A stretch of DNA of 63,067 bases, counting the filler, from Octopus bimaculoides (Eukaryota): the NCBI RefSeq assembly GCF_001194135.2. It is 6 parts of 6 records of this genome, joined end to end, with 100 filler letters (N's around TTAATTAATTAA, not from the genome) between each part and the next. Parts side by side here need not be neighbours in the genome. Positions count along the whole stretch, not along the records: positions 1 to 31,735 come from NC_068994.1; positions 31,836 to 38,114 come from NC_068984.1; 4 more parts are not named here. One strand, 5' to 3'. The notes beneath the pieces are model-generated. The model saw only the letters and a program-made list of their open reading frames with translations. It had not been told where the DNA came from and did no database searches. This document shows positions 25,328 to 37,728 of this stretch, piece after piece; the stretch's first letter is position 1; each line of letters begins with the position of its first letter. A program made the position numbers and the translations under genes.

Positions 25328-25844
25328 CCTACACTGGACTAATGGTTAGGGTTTCAATTTCCAGACCAGGTGGTTTTGTTGTCTTCTCATGCGAAAACAC
25401 TTCATTTCATATTGCCCCAGTCCACTTGGCTGTAAATGGGTTACAACAATAACTGGGCAATTAACACCATGAGGGATCAGCACCCTGCTCAGTGTAACTC
25501 AGGGCTGTATAGTGGTTTTCCACAAAATCCCCTCTTATGATAGCACAATCCATTCTTATAATAGGGGTTCTTCCTTGTCCTTGTTTTCTTGCTCTATACC
25601 AATTCTCAATTAGGGTCCATACAAGATTTTGTTGTCAAACTTTATCAGCGATAAATTGGTTATGCTTCTACAATACACAAAATATTAGAATTTTTTTTAT
25701 ACAATTCCTTTATATATTTAAGTATAAAATTACAGTAAGATTTCTTTTATATATACATAGTGGGTCCAAGTGGGTCCAGTAGAGTTAAATTGGAATCAAA
25801 ACGGTCAATAGGCAAAAGATGGTTGAGAAACACAACTCTATACA

Positions 25845-25847
<3 letters not shown>

Positions 25848-25919
<72 letters not shown>

Positions 25920-26132
25920 TTATGTTTGACTTTTGTTTTGCATTTGTACAAGTTGGATCCAAGTCTCCCCCAGAGACCTCAAGAGACAACAAGTTAGAAG
26001 TTCATGTAGGTGTTATGCCTAGGGTACCATATATTTGGATTTGTACAGTTTTGTTCAAGTGAATGTTTAAGAAACCATAAGAAAATTATGTGTTTGCTTT
26101 AAAATTTGAGATCACATAGACAGTATTTTATG
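25848..26132 (-). mobile_element. LINE 3' end (R4/Dong-like): ...HKILSM*, 3' UTR, (AAT)n
   Basis: Minus strand reads a terminal KILSM*, a UTR, then (AAT)n; a near-identical second copy follows. Confidence 0.55.
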
Positions 26133-26297
26133 NNNNNNNNNNNNNNNNNNNNNNNNNNNNNNNNNNNNNNNNNNNNNNNNNNNNNNNNNNNNNNNNNNNN
26201 NNNNNNNNNNNNNNNNNNNNNNNNNNNNNNNNNNNNNNNNNNNNNNNNNNNNNNNNNNNNNNNNNNNNNNNNNNNNNNNNNNNNNNNNNNNNNNNNN

Positions 26298-26480
26298 TAT
26301 TATTATTATTATTATATGCTTGACTTTTGCTTTGCATTTGTACAAGTTGGCTCCAGGTCTCACCCAGAGACCTCAAGAGACAACAAGCTAGAAGTTCATG
26401 TTGGTGTTATGCCTAGGGTGCCATATATTTGGATTTGTACATAGTGTTGTTCTAGAGAATGTTTAAGAAACCATAAGAAA
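26298..26480 (-). mobile_element. Second, shorter copy of the same LINE 3' UTR
   Basis: atgcttgacttttgctttgcatttgtacaagttgg...gaaaccataagaaa is similar to 25922-26085; (TAT)n on both sides. Confidence 0.7.
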
Positions 26481-26486
26481 TCATCA

Positions 26487-26526
<40 letters not shown>

Positions 26527-26794
26527 CATTATTATTATTGAAGGGGATGAGCTGGTAGAATTGTTAGCATGCTGGGCGAAATTCTTATTGCCATTTCATC
26601 TGTCTTTATGTTCTGAGTTCTACAGTGTATTTTTATTTATATTAAATACTAAATTATATTAAATTTTAAATACCTTACAGTCGCACAAGTGTTTCAATTC
26701 ATCAGTACATCATTAGAGTATTTAATCACACATACACACACACGAACACACATGCATATGCAGACATACACACACACACGGACACATACATGCA

Positions 26795-26880
<86 letters not shown>

Positions 26881-27149
26881 CATTTATGCACAAGTATTCT
26901 GTTTCTCTCCTTCACACATACACAAACATGCATACATACACATGCACATGCACCCACACACACACATTTCTGCACAAGGCAAGCATTCTCTCTCTCTTAC
27001 ACATACATGTACATTTACGCAAACATACATACAGACATACACACACACACATGCACACACACATACATGCAAACGCACACACACGCACATGCAAAAGATA
27101 ATACATATCTAAAATGCTCTAAATTAATCTCCAGATTAAAGATTTCATT

Positions 27150-27400
27150 ATCCATGCTATAAATGATTGAGAATAAATCTGAAGATTAGTTATCAGATAA
27201 TGAATACGAATTAAACATGGATTTTAAATTAATCCAGGACTGTGAAAACATTTCTGAAATAGTAAACATATTATTAAGAATTCATTTTGTTATTGAGACG
27301 AAATTCTAATCAAGCTATATCGCGGAAAGAATGGCACCGTACAGCAGAAGAAAATGGCTGCTGAACAGAAGAATAAGCAAAGAAAGACGGACAAAATGTT
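27150..27400 (+). mobile_element. Possible piggyBac transposase N-terminal remnant
   Basis: Acidic ENKSED*LSDNEYE followed, with a frameshift, by GKNGTV; broken frames. Confidence 0.3.
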
Positions 27401-27532
27401 TTATGGATATTTACGATGTCACTTTTTTATTCTGAACTTAAAATCCTATCCAGGTTAATTTTGCATTTGATTTCTTCTGAAGTCAATAGAATAAATAGTT
27501 GGTTTTGTTTTTTGTTATTGCTGTTTTAGATA

Positions 27533-27749
27533 TGAAGGGGTTCTGGAAAGTTCCTGGCTTTAAGGGTATTGTGAAAGGCCTGGCGGAAGGCCTGACCTTC
27601 AGGGTTCTTTTGTAGGGCTTAGAAAAACTGAAGGACCACCGCAAAAAGTGTGTCAATCTGAGAGGAGAATATGTTGAATAAAATCATATTTAACTGATTC
27701 TCCTGTATTTTCTTTTAACCAAAGCCAGGAACTTTCCAGCTCACCCTTG
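27533..27749 (+). mobile_element. mariner-derived MITE
   Basis: TA-flanked; TIR ...ctggaaagttcctggcttt / aaagccaggaactttccag...; core encodes KLKDHRKKCVNLRGEYVE*. Confidence 0.85.
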
Positions 27750-28214
27750 TATATATGTTAAATGTGAATGTTCAATAAGCAACCCAGAAAAAAACCATGG
27801 ATCTCCTTTAGCAAGGTATAGCACCCATTAGCCACCCTGTAAGGGGTCATGGTGAAATCCTGAAAAGAGCTATTATCAGAATTCCATTGGATACCAATGC
27901 AAAAAGCTTGTTTGAATTAGTTCACTTTGAAAACATTGTAAGTGATGGACCCTTTATTACATTGCAGTGACTAGGATGCATAATTGCATACAGAACAATG
28001 TGCAGTTGCTGCAGTCGAAACATATGTTGCTCATTGTTATATATGTTGTAGAAAGCATTTTAATAAAAGTTTTAGATGTGAATAAATCTTCACTCTTCTC
28101 TTAATTTGGCTGTGTGGTAAGAATCTTGCTTTACAACCACATGGTTCCAGGCTCAGTTCCACTGCATTGCGCCTTGTGAGTGGATTTGGTGGACAGAAAC
28201 CGAAAGAAGCCCGT

Positions 28215-28251
<37 letters not shown>

Positions 28252-28297
28252 NNNNNNNNNNGCGGACGTTAAACGATGATGATGATGATGATGATCA

Positions 28298-28861
28298 TCT
28301 TCTCCATTTTCTCATTTTTTTCCTTTCGCACATATTCGCTCGCTTTCTTCCAAAAATTTAATGCCCTTAGCTTAGATTTTTGGGGTCTACTAATTTTGAA
28401 CAGTCTCAAGTGTATATATTATTTTCCAATTTTCCATCTTTTCGATAATAGGGCCCCTGGAAGGGATCCTTATATATATCTAATATATTTTCTTTTAACA
28501 GTCAAGGGAAATAACCCATTCGCCCCTGGAAGGGATCGTTATATATAGCCAAGGGAAAAAAACCCCATTCATTTTCCTAAATTATTTGGTATAAATCAAA
28601 TTGAGTATGCTTATTCCTTAGTATTTGAACTGTTAGAGTTAATTTATCCAGTACAACCCTTAAACAAATAAAAAATATTTTCCTAAACAATAGATCCACT
28701 TATTTCTGTTAGTGACTTATTCACAAATATACCAACATTAGCGCCGCTGAAGGTAATGTTCTCTGGGTGTGCGCAAAAGCCCTTTTCAGAGCTGGATTAG
28801 TGAAACAATTATGAGAATGGAACCAAGGGATAAGCCCTGCTTTCCCGGGAACACCAGCTAG
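28298..28861 (+). mobile_element. Putative non-autonomous Helitron
   Basis: A|TC at 28297/28298 and subterminal GC hairpin (ccctgctttcccggg) followed by CTAG|T at 28858-28862; 5' end tentative. Confidence 0.45.
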
Positions 28862-31389
28862 TATATACATACACATAATAGGCTTCTTTCAGTTTCCATC
28901 TACTAAATCCATTGATAAGGATTTGGTCAGACTGAGGCTATCGTTAAAGGCACTTACCAAAGGTGCCATGCAGTGGGATTGAATCTGGCACCACATGGTT
29001 GTCAAGCAAGCTTCTTATTTCTTATTTCTTTATTACCCACAAGGGGCTAAACAAAGAGGGGACAAACAAGGACAGACAAAGGGATTAAGTCGATTACATC
29101 GACCCCAGTGTGTAACTGGCACTTAATTTATCGACTCCGAAAGGATGAAAGGTAAAGTCAACCTCGGCAGAATTTGAACTCAGGACGTAACAGCAGACAA
29201 AATACCACTAAGTATTTTGCCTGGCATGCTAACGATTCTGCCAGCTCACCGCCTTAAGCAAGCTTCTTACCAAGCTTCTTACCAAGCTTCTTACCACATG
29301 GTTGCACCTGTGTCTATATATACACACATATATAAATATGTTTTACGTTTATTTTAATTTTTTTTTTTGCCTGTTTAAAATATGACACTGCAAGTGAGAA
29401 GTGTCAAGTATCCTAAATTCTTAAATCCACTACTTTATCCAACGAGCTTAGCTGGCTTATCTCTTTACTGCAATACCCCACCACATCTATTTCCCCCTCC
29501 ACCTCCTCCTCAAATTTCTGTATTAATTGTTCAATCTCTAGATTTATTTATTTTTTGATTCATCCTATGGAGTAGAATACAGAGAAAGACGTTCCTGTTT
29601 GACCAGTTTTTCGTGCCCCACCCCCCAACTCTCTGCTTTCCCACTTTCTTTAGTCCCCTGTTAATCTTTTTAATCTTCTCAAATATTCAGGATTTGTTAC
29701 AGAATTAAGATAATCCACCTATTCTATACATATACATACATATATATATGTATATATATATATATATATATTTGTTTTTGTTTAGGGAGGTTGTCGATTT
29801 TTATTCTTCTCAGGGATCCCACCCCCACACCCTTTTCCACCATGAACCTTGAAAATTTGCCCTACATTTACGACCATCTTTTCTCTCCCTTTCTCCTCGT
29901 TATCATCACCCTTATCATCTTCGTCAGTGTCATTAACAACAAATTGCCAGTTTTAGCACTATAACCATTACACCACCATTGCTAGAACTACAAGTTGGAA
30001 ATGACAGCTAAGCCTTCCTCCAATCACACCTTAACACTTTAAAAACATTAAAAAAAGGGAAGGAGACTTATGTAGCCAAGGCAACATAGTAGGAACAGGT
30101 GTTGTGCTGTAGAGGAGATCTGTGGCTATCCTAAGATATATATTTTCATATTAACTTTTGACATTTCTTCCGTCTTTATGTTCTGAGTTCAAATTCTACT
30201 GAGGTCGACTTTACCTTTCATGCTTTCTAAGCTGATAAAATAAGTACCAGTTGAGTACTGGGGGTCAATTGTTGGTCTAGGATAAATATGAATCTCCTAG
30301 ATTCTATTCTGCTTTTTCCTTTCTCAAGTCCTTTGCAAAGAATTTGGTTTATACTTCTTGCACTGAAGAGTACAGTGATATATAATTAATTTGATTTAAT
30401 CTAATTAATTTAATTCAACCATGAATCTGCATGATTTTTATATCTCTGTACGAAATGATTGTCTGCATGAATTAGAATTCTCTTATATATTTTAACATCT
30501 TCTCTTCTCCATTTTTATCAAAATTGTTGAGTTTTATGGGATTTCTTTCCATAAATTCACATAACACACCATATACAAGTATTATTTTCATATCCGCAAG
30601 CTTACGCCAGTAAGCTACCAGCAAAATATGAAGAATCTATATTAGAAATCTGTTTTTGGAAACCTCCAAATTAAAGGATGAATTTAATTCAACCTTTTTA
30701 CACACACACACACACAGTACTATTGAGTGGTATCTTGGGCAAGACTCTTCTACTAAAGCCTTGTGAGTAGATTTGGTAGATATATATGTGCATGTGTTCT
30801 TTGTTTGTGTTTGTCCCCCACTGGTGTTGGTTTGTTTACATCCCTGTAACTTACTGACTCAGCAAAAGAGACTGATAAGATAAGAGCCAAGCTTTAAAAA
30901 ATAAGTACTGAGGTTGATTTGCTCAACTAAGAACCTTCAGGATGGTGCTCCAGCATGGCTGCAGTCCAATGACTGAAACAAGTAAAAGATAAAAGAAATG
31001 GGTAGGATGATAGTTAAAATGTTTGAGAATCACTGCTTTTAGTCAAAGGTGTAACTGAGAATGGTTCAGGCACCAGGTTTAAACCTGAAGCCAGAATTCT
31101 TCAGCACAAAGACAGGAGATAACTGTGCCAACTCTAAGTCTAAACCCGAAAAAAGATAAAAGAAAATGGTAGTTTGATTGCCTCACAAGACATGGCAATC
31201 TCTATAATTAAGTCTAAGCATAAAAGAGTTTGTGGAGAGAGAGAGAGAGATGCAGCAGTTCTTTTGAACAGGTTGAGTGAGTACAAAGACAATTCCTTTT
31301 GAGAATCTAAGGTTGCAATGTCTGTGTATTCTGTTGGTAGAGCAATAACTACAGAAGGTTCTGCTACACACAAGCACGCATACATACAT

Positions 31390-31735
31390 ACTTGTTGTTG
31401 CTGGCACTCCGTCGCTTACGACGATGCGGGTTCCAGTTGATCCGATCAACGGAACAGCCTGCTCGTGAAATTAACGTGCAAGTGGTTGAGCACTCCACAG
31501 ACACGTGTACCCTTAACATAGTTCTCAGGGGAGATTCAGCGTGAGACAGAGTGTGACAAGGCTGACCCTTTGAATTACAGGCACAACAGAAACAGGAAGT
31601 AAGAGTGAGAGAAAGTTGTGGCGAAAGAGTACAGCAGGGTTCGCCACCATCCCCTGCCGGAGTCTCGTGGAGCTTTAGGTGTTTTTGCTCAATAAACACT
31701 CATAACGACCGGTCTGGGAATCGAAACCGCGATCC
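31390..31735 (-). mobile_element. tRNA-derived SINE with conserved central domain and short-repeat tail
   Basis: Minus-strand B-box-like gtttcgattccc at the gap edge; body gtctgtggagtgctcaaccacttgcacgttaatttcacgagc; CpG-rich, so probably young; related fragment at about 57050-57250. Confidence 0.7.
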
Positions 31736-31835
31736 NNNNNNNNNNNNNNNNNNNNNNNNNNNNNNNNNNNNNNNNNNNNTTAATTAATTAANNNNNNNNN
31801 NNNNNNNNNNNNNNNNNNNNNNNNNNNNNNNNNNN
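31736..31835. other. Artificial scaffold spacer (44 N + TTAATTAATTAA + 44 N)
   Basis: Identical 100-bp structure recurs five times; the 12-mer has stops in all six frames. Confidence 0.95.
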
Positions 31836-32399
31836 TATATATATACGGATGTGCATTTTAAGTCAAACAGTATGAGTATGATTACCTAATTTGTGTTTAT
31901 ATCTTAATTCTTCATACCCTCCTCAACCTTATATATATATATATATATATATTAATAATATTAAAACTCTAGGGATGTTTGTGTGTAACTGAAATATATA
32001 AGAAATACTATATTTTATCTTATTTTGTTTTACATATTTATTTTCATACTTACCTTCGGCAGTGCAGTACAAGCTTTTGTGACATTTGGAAATATATTTA
32101 AACGATTAAACACAATTTTTGTTATTTCTTGACGAAAAAATACATGGCTTCCCTGACGTCAATACATATACACACATACAGACACATGCAAGCACATATT
32201 CCAATAATCGATAACTGCTGACATAACTATGTATATTGTGTAATAAGGTCCAACAAAACTCTACCCTTGGTGCGAAATCATGATAGAAACGCTAGCAAAT
32301 AACTTGGTCAAAGACAGTACTTTTAAATATACATAGGATATATAGATTCAACAGAAAAGTATTAGAGGGAGAGTCAAAGCGAGAAAAAATTATGGAAAG

Positions 32400-33200
32400 A
32401 TGAAATGGAGGGAGAAGGGTAGGATCGATGAGGTGGAGTTTTTAAATTAAGAGATGTCAATTAACGGTAGCAAGAAAAAGATAACATTGACTTAGAAACT
32501 AAAACTTAAAGAAACAGGCTAGGGAAGCTAGGCCGGATGGAAACCGATACCTAGCAAAGATGAAATTATGAAGAGATAATCAAATAGTGGATAGGCAATT
32601 TTAGAGGTGCAAGTAGTCGCATAGTTTACAATAAATCTTAGCGGGTCGCATGAAGTAGGAAAAAAGAGGAAATAAAGATAGATGACATAAAAAAAAGCTA
32701 ACACAGTACAGAAAAACCTTGAAAAATCTGTATTTTACGTTGAAAACAAAGGAGAGGCAGGAGATGTAACAGCGCGCTGGTAGGAGAGGATTGAGAAGGA
32801 AAACACTGTGGGTGGGAAGTGGGGTGCAATAGGTGAGACAACCGAAATTGTAGCGAAATATAGTGGTTAGAGGAATACGGTCGTTAAAAGGAAAGTATTA
32901 TAGTGTTGGGTAGGAGTGGTAAGGAAGACTTAATCAATTCAGTTAGAACATAATAATTTCTGGTAATAAGAGAAAGTTTTTTAATATTTGTGGTGTACCG
33001 GGAGACTAATAGTAGTTTATGTCATGGTCATCGGCCTTCTGTATACGAATTTTATTACCAATTATGAACCAGGAAATTTGTTTGTATTAGCTTCGATGTG
33101 GTAGATGTGGGTAGGCAATGAAGTAGATCACTGATGGGTGCGGTGGATGTGATGGATGTGAGGAGTCGTGAGGTAGATCATCTTGTAATATTTGAAAATG
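32400..33200 (-). mobile_element. Highly degraded Penelope-like element remnant (RT thumb / GIY-YIG linker region)
   Basis: Minus strand: KFVYRRP, then LLLVSRYTTNIKKLSLITRNYYVLTELIKSSLPLLPNTIILSF*RP, then FIVNYATTCTSKIAY, in the order expected for Penelope-like ORFs. Confidence 0.4.
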
Positions 33201-33639
33201 AGCTCAGATGTGCTAGTAAACGATGCTTAAAATATCGTTGCACTCATTTACAATCTGGCGTCGCGGATCCGTGTAGTGGTAACAATATATTTACAGACAA
33301 CGTTATAGCATAAGTAACTGTACCTCAATGTGTGTGCATGGTTGTTTATGTGCGTGTGATCTTCCATGATTTAAAATCAATACGTAGTATTTTGTTTTCA
33401 ATCATTTTTTTAATGGAATATATTTGAAGTAAAATTTACAACAAAAATTTGCAATTTCATTTTGATTACAATCCCTGCTACACCAACCATTACAAAACTT
33501 TTTGCTGCAACTCACATTAATTATAATACATTCAGTTTTCTCGCCCACATATAATTCTCTCACTGCCACTCACTCCGCAAACTGTCCTTCAGTTTGTCTC
33601 TTCCAGCTTGTTGCATTATATGTGATAATATAATTTCAG

Positions 33640-33788
33640 AAGCTCCATCTATCCCCTGCAAGAAGCCTGCTGACATTGTATTCATTCTCGATTCTTCTAC
33701 AAGCATCGCAAGACATGATTTTAAAAAGCAGCTAAATTTCGTCAAATATTTTGTCCGTAATTTAAACATCGGCTTATCTTCAAAAGAG
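33640..33788 (+). CDS. VWA-domain gene exon (collagen VI/matrilin-like N-terminal half of the domain)
   Basis: aatttcag| phase-1 acceptor, GAG|gtaaac phase-0 donor; xAPSIPCKKPADIVFILDSSTSIARHDFKKQLNFVKYFVRNLNIGLSSKE with intact MIDAS DxSxS. Confidence 0.9.
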
Positions 33789-34447
33789 GTAAACACTATA
33801 TTTTTACTCCACTATTTTCATGAAGCTAAATGTCAATCCTGTTTCATGTAAATAATCAAGGAAAGAGCGGTTACATATTAACATCTACAGAAATTTAGAT
33901 AATATAAATAAATCGATTAATGTCATTAATTAGGGCATTATCTATTTAAAGGTGGTGAGCTAGCACATTGGACAAAATGCTTTGCGGGATTTCTTGTGGT
34001 TTCATGCTCAGAGTTCAAATTCTGCCGAGGTCGACTTTGCCTTTCACCCTTTCAGGGTCAATAAAATGAGTACCAGTTAAATATTGGAGTCGACGAAATC
34101 TAATTTCTACAAAATTTCGGGCCTTGTGCCAATAGTAGAAAGAATTATTGGAAATATTGTGTATTTTGTCTCCACAACGTCACATAGACGTATATTTAAT
34201 AATCCGGCGCTTCCGATTCCCGAGCGGGCAACATGTGTTCTTGAACAAAACCATTTACGTTGCTTCAGTCCACTCAGCTGGCATTCCGTTCAGGGAAAAT
34301 GTTGTGATCTCTACCACTTGTATGTCATGGCAACTGACTAACCGGTCCTATGAGTTCTATAACTCGACATTACTAGTCGAAAGATCATACATCTAAATAC
34401 TATTCGAAAGACCATACAAGACTACAGCCTTTAATTATTGATCGTAG

Positions 34448-34650
34448 GTGCGATTTGATATCTTGTCTTTTACTTTTAGAGTTGAAATATATTTTTTCCT
34501 GAACAAATCGTTGGGAAAATACACTCTCTTGAAAGTAGATGAGATAAAGCGAGTGAACGGAAGTACCTACATATCACAGGCCAAGACAAATTGATAATAA
34601 GATATTTAGACGTAACAACAGAATTCGACATGTCACAATTATTATGACAT
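34448..34650 (+). pseudogene. Next VWA exon, carrying a frameshift
   Basis: tcgtag|GTG phase 0 matches the previous donor; VRFDILSFTFRVEIYFFLNKSLGKYTLLKVDEIKRVNGSTYISQA, then a shift at about 34582 to RQIDNKIFRRNNRIRHVTIIMT|gtaaat; in-frame stop at 34592-34594. Confidence 0.75.
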
Positions 34651-35017
34651 GTAAATTCACAGGAACAATATGCTACTTTATCAGCAGCGAAGCCCCTCAA
34701 GCTATTTTCCCTTTATTTCTATGCACTATATTTTATCAGATTTACCAAGTCCTAAATAGTTGTATGAGTGCTTTAGTTCTAATTGTATTATTTCGTTGAC
34801 ATTCTAACTATTATTACTATTAGGGTGGTGACCTTGGTAGTATCGTTAGCATACCGGGCAAAATGCTTAGCGGCATTTCGTCTGTCTATACGTTCCGCAT
34901 TCAAATATCACCGTGGTCGAATTTGCCTTTCATCCTTTCGGAGTCGATAAAGTAAGTACTAGTTGAACACTAGGATCAATGTAATCTACTTAACTCCTCC
35001 CTCGAAATTGCTGGCCT

Positions 35018-35021
35018 TGAG

Positions 35022-35106
<85 letters not shown>

Positions 35107-35118
35107 TAATAATAATAA
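35018..35118. repeat. (AAT)n microsatellite
   Basis: Direct inspection. Confidence 0.95.
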
Positions 35119-35150
35119 CTAGCGGGACCCGCGAATATTTCATGGAATTA
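35119..35150 (-). mobile_element. Helitron-type 3' terminus
   Basis: Minus strand: decayed hairpin (ccatgaaatattcgcggg) then CTAG|T; 5' end not located. Confidence 0.5.
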
Positions 35151-35663
35151 ATGGTAAACCTATTGGGTTATTTCTGCAAACATTATCAAAAAAAAAAAAA
35201 ACTCAAAGCGTAACCTATGATGTGTCTATGTGGAAAGACAGTTGCTCATCTGTTACTCATTGAAAAGTGAAAGAAATTGGGATACGATGATTACTTAATG
35301 CACTTTATGTATACACTTTATATATTTTATGAACAATTTTATAGGATTAATGCACAACACTCATATAATAAATATTCACTCTTGTTTTCTCATTTTCCCC
35401 ATAAACAAAAAAATATCCTATACATACAAGACAACCTTTAGTTAAATTGCATATATCTGTCATGTAAATAAGCCTGAATATTTCACGGAATTGCACTTGT
35501 ACGCATGCGTTAAGTGATTGGGGATATAAAAAAATTAGTTCAATTTAAAGAAATACACTTTTCAGTATCCATCACCACCGCCACCTCCACCACCATCACC
35601 ATCACTACCACCACCATCATCATCTCTCTCCCCCTCTCTCTTCTCTCTCTCTTCTCTCTCTCT

Positions 35664-35752
<89 letters not shown>

Positions 35753-36203
35753 GTTACTTCTTTCCCTGTCTTTTTTTAACCTCGCCATCAGAACATCAGT
35801 CTGATAAAATTATATTTTAACTCTCCTCCTCTATATATATTTCTTTATTGCCCACATGGGGCTAAACATAGAGGCGACAAACAAGGACAGAGAAAGGGAT
35901 TAACATAACTGGTACTTATTTAATCGAGCCCGAAAGGATAAAAGGCAAAGTCGACCTCGGCAAAATTTGAACTCAGAACGTAACGACTAATCCCTACCTT
36001 CAACTAATCACTTAAAAGCGTTACAATCACATTCCCTCTACCTCACGTCATGCCCGCTTCTCTCTCTCTCTTTTTTTTTCTCTCTCCCGTTTTTCTTTCT
36101 CCCTTTTTTCTCTAATCACGTGAAAGCGTTACCGACGGGCTAAGTAACAGAATGACAAGTAGACTTATTATAAGATAACGATAACAACAACAACAACAAC
36201 AAC

Positions 36204-36249
<46 letters not shown>

Positions 36250-36252
<3 letters not shown>

Positions 36253-36735
36253 CTCTGACGCAATACCAGGCACAGACTCTCACGTCTTCTGATCTTAATA
36301 AATGTAAAGTGTTATCATATACATGTTTTATTTTGGCATAAAAGATAAGCAACAGCAAATATGCTGCTCAATATTACATATTTCCTTGTCAGTTGTTTGG
36401 CCTTAACCAGTTGAGCATGTCACTTAGTGGCTGACAATATGTGCATCTCTGATCACATAACTTTGGTGTTTGAATAACTCCCCTTTGGAAACATAGGTGT
36501 TTTGTTCAACATCCTTAAACAACCCTAATTCAGAGGTCTTTTGAGTGGGATGGGCTACTCGACCCAAAGAAAATTCTAAGTGGGCCCCACCTGCAAGGTC
36601 ATGTACTGTTTATCTCGATATGAAATCACCATTTCGCTTGCATATGGTTGTGATGCACGTGCCTAGTGTACCCTTATCAGACTGGTAGTCATGATGGATA
36701 AACTGGGCTTTGTATATTTATACTCCAGTGTTACT
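36250..36735 (+). mobile_element. Dispersed repeat of about 500 bp, copy 1
   Basis: Colinear with 37090-37625; both follow (AAT)n tracts. Confidence 0.8.
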
Positions 36736-36768
36736 TTGATGGTATGCGTTGCTTTCTTAATAATAGTA

Positions 36769-36814
<46 letters not shown>

Positions 36815-37028
36815 CTTCAAATGTTGACACATGACCAACAATTTTGGGGATCAGATAAGTCATTTGCATCGACCCCGTACTCAGACGGTACTTATTTTTA
36901 TCGACGTCGAATGGATGGAAGGCAAAGTCGACATCGGCAGAATTTGAACTCAGAACGTAGAATTGGATGAAATGATGCTAAGCACTTTTGCTCGGCATCT
37001 TAACGATTCTGGTAGCTTGCCCCCTTAG

Positions 37029-37088
<60 letters not shown>

Positions 37089-37089
37089 T

Positions 37090-37625
37090 ATGCCCTGACA
37101 CAGTACTAGGTAGTAGATCTCATGGCTTCTGATCTGAACTGATTGGAAGTGTTATCATGTACATTGTTTTGTCTTGGTATAAAAGATGGTCTACAGCAAA
37201 TATTCTGCTCAATACCACAGATTTACTTATCAGTTTGACCCTAACCAGTTGAGCATGTACCTTGGTGGCTGACGATATGTGCATCTTTGATCATGAGCAG
37301 AATTAGTGGGAAGCATCGTAGCCATGTGATGAGAAGAATTCTTTGGGGTTTACATAATTCACCTTTAGGAACATGGGTGTTTTGTTCAACATCCTTAAAA
37401 CAAACCTTTTTCATGTATCTTTTGAGCGGGATGGACTACTCGACCCGAAGAAAATTGTAACTGAGCCTCACCTGCAATGTTATGCGCTGTTTATCTTGAT
37501 ATGAAATCACTATGTCCCGCAAATATGCTTGTGATATATGTGCCTGGTGTACCCTTATCAAGCGGGTAGTCACGATGGGTATATTGCGTTTCGTATATTC
37601 TATCCCAGTGTCACTTTCATGGTAT
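37090..37625 (+). mobile_element. Dispersed repeat of about 500 bp, copy 2
   Basis: Colinear with 36250-36735 (for example aaccagttgagcatg...tggctgac...gttcaacatccttaaa...gtacccttatca). Confidence 0.8.
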
Positions 37626-37678
37626 GTATTGCTCTCTCACTCACTCACTCACTCACTCACTCACTCACTCATTCACTC

Positions 37679-37728
<50 letters not shown>

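Noticed and set aside
31020-31370. Protein-like frame (SQDMAISIIKSKHKR...LLNRLSEYKDNSF)
   Set aside because: Several stops, an embedded (GA)n run, no recognisable family and no clear splice sites.
31780-31791. Recurrent TTAATTAATTAA as a biological motif
   Set aside because: Always centred in exactly 44+44 N; it is a synthetic six-frame stop spacer.
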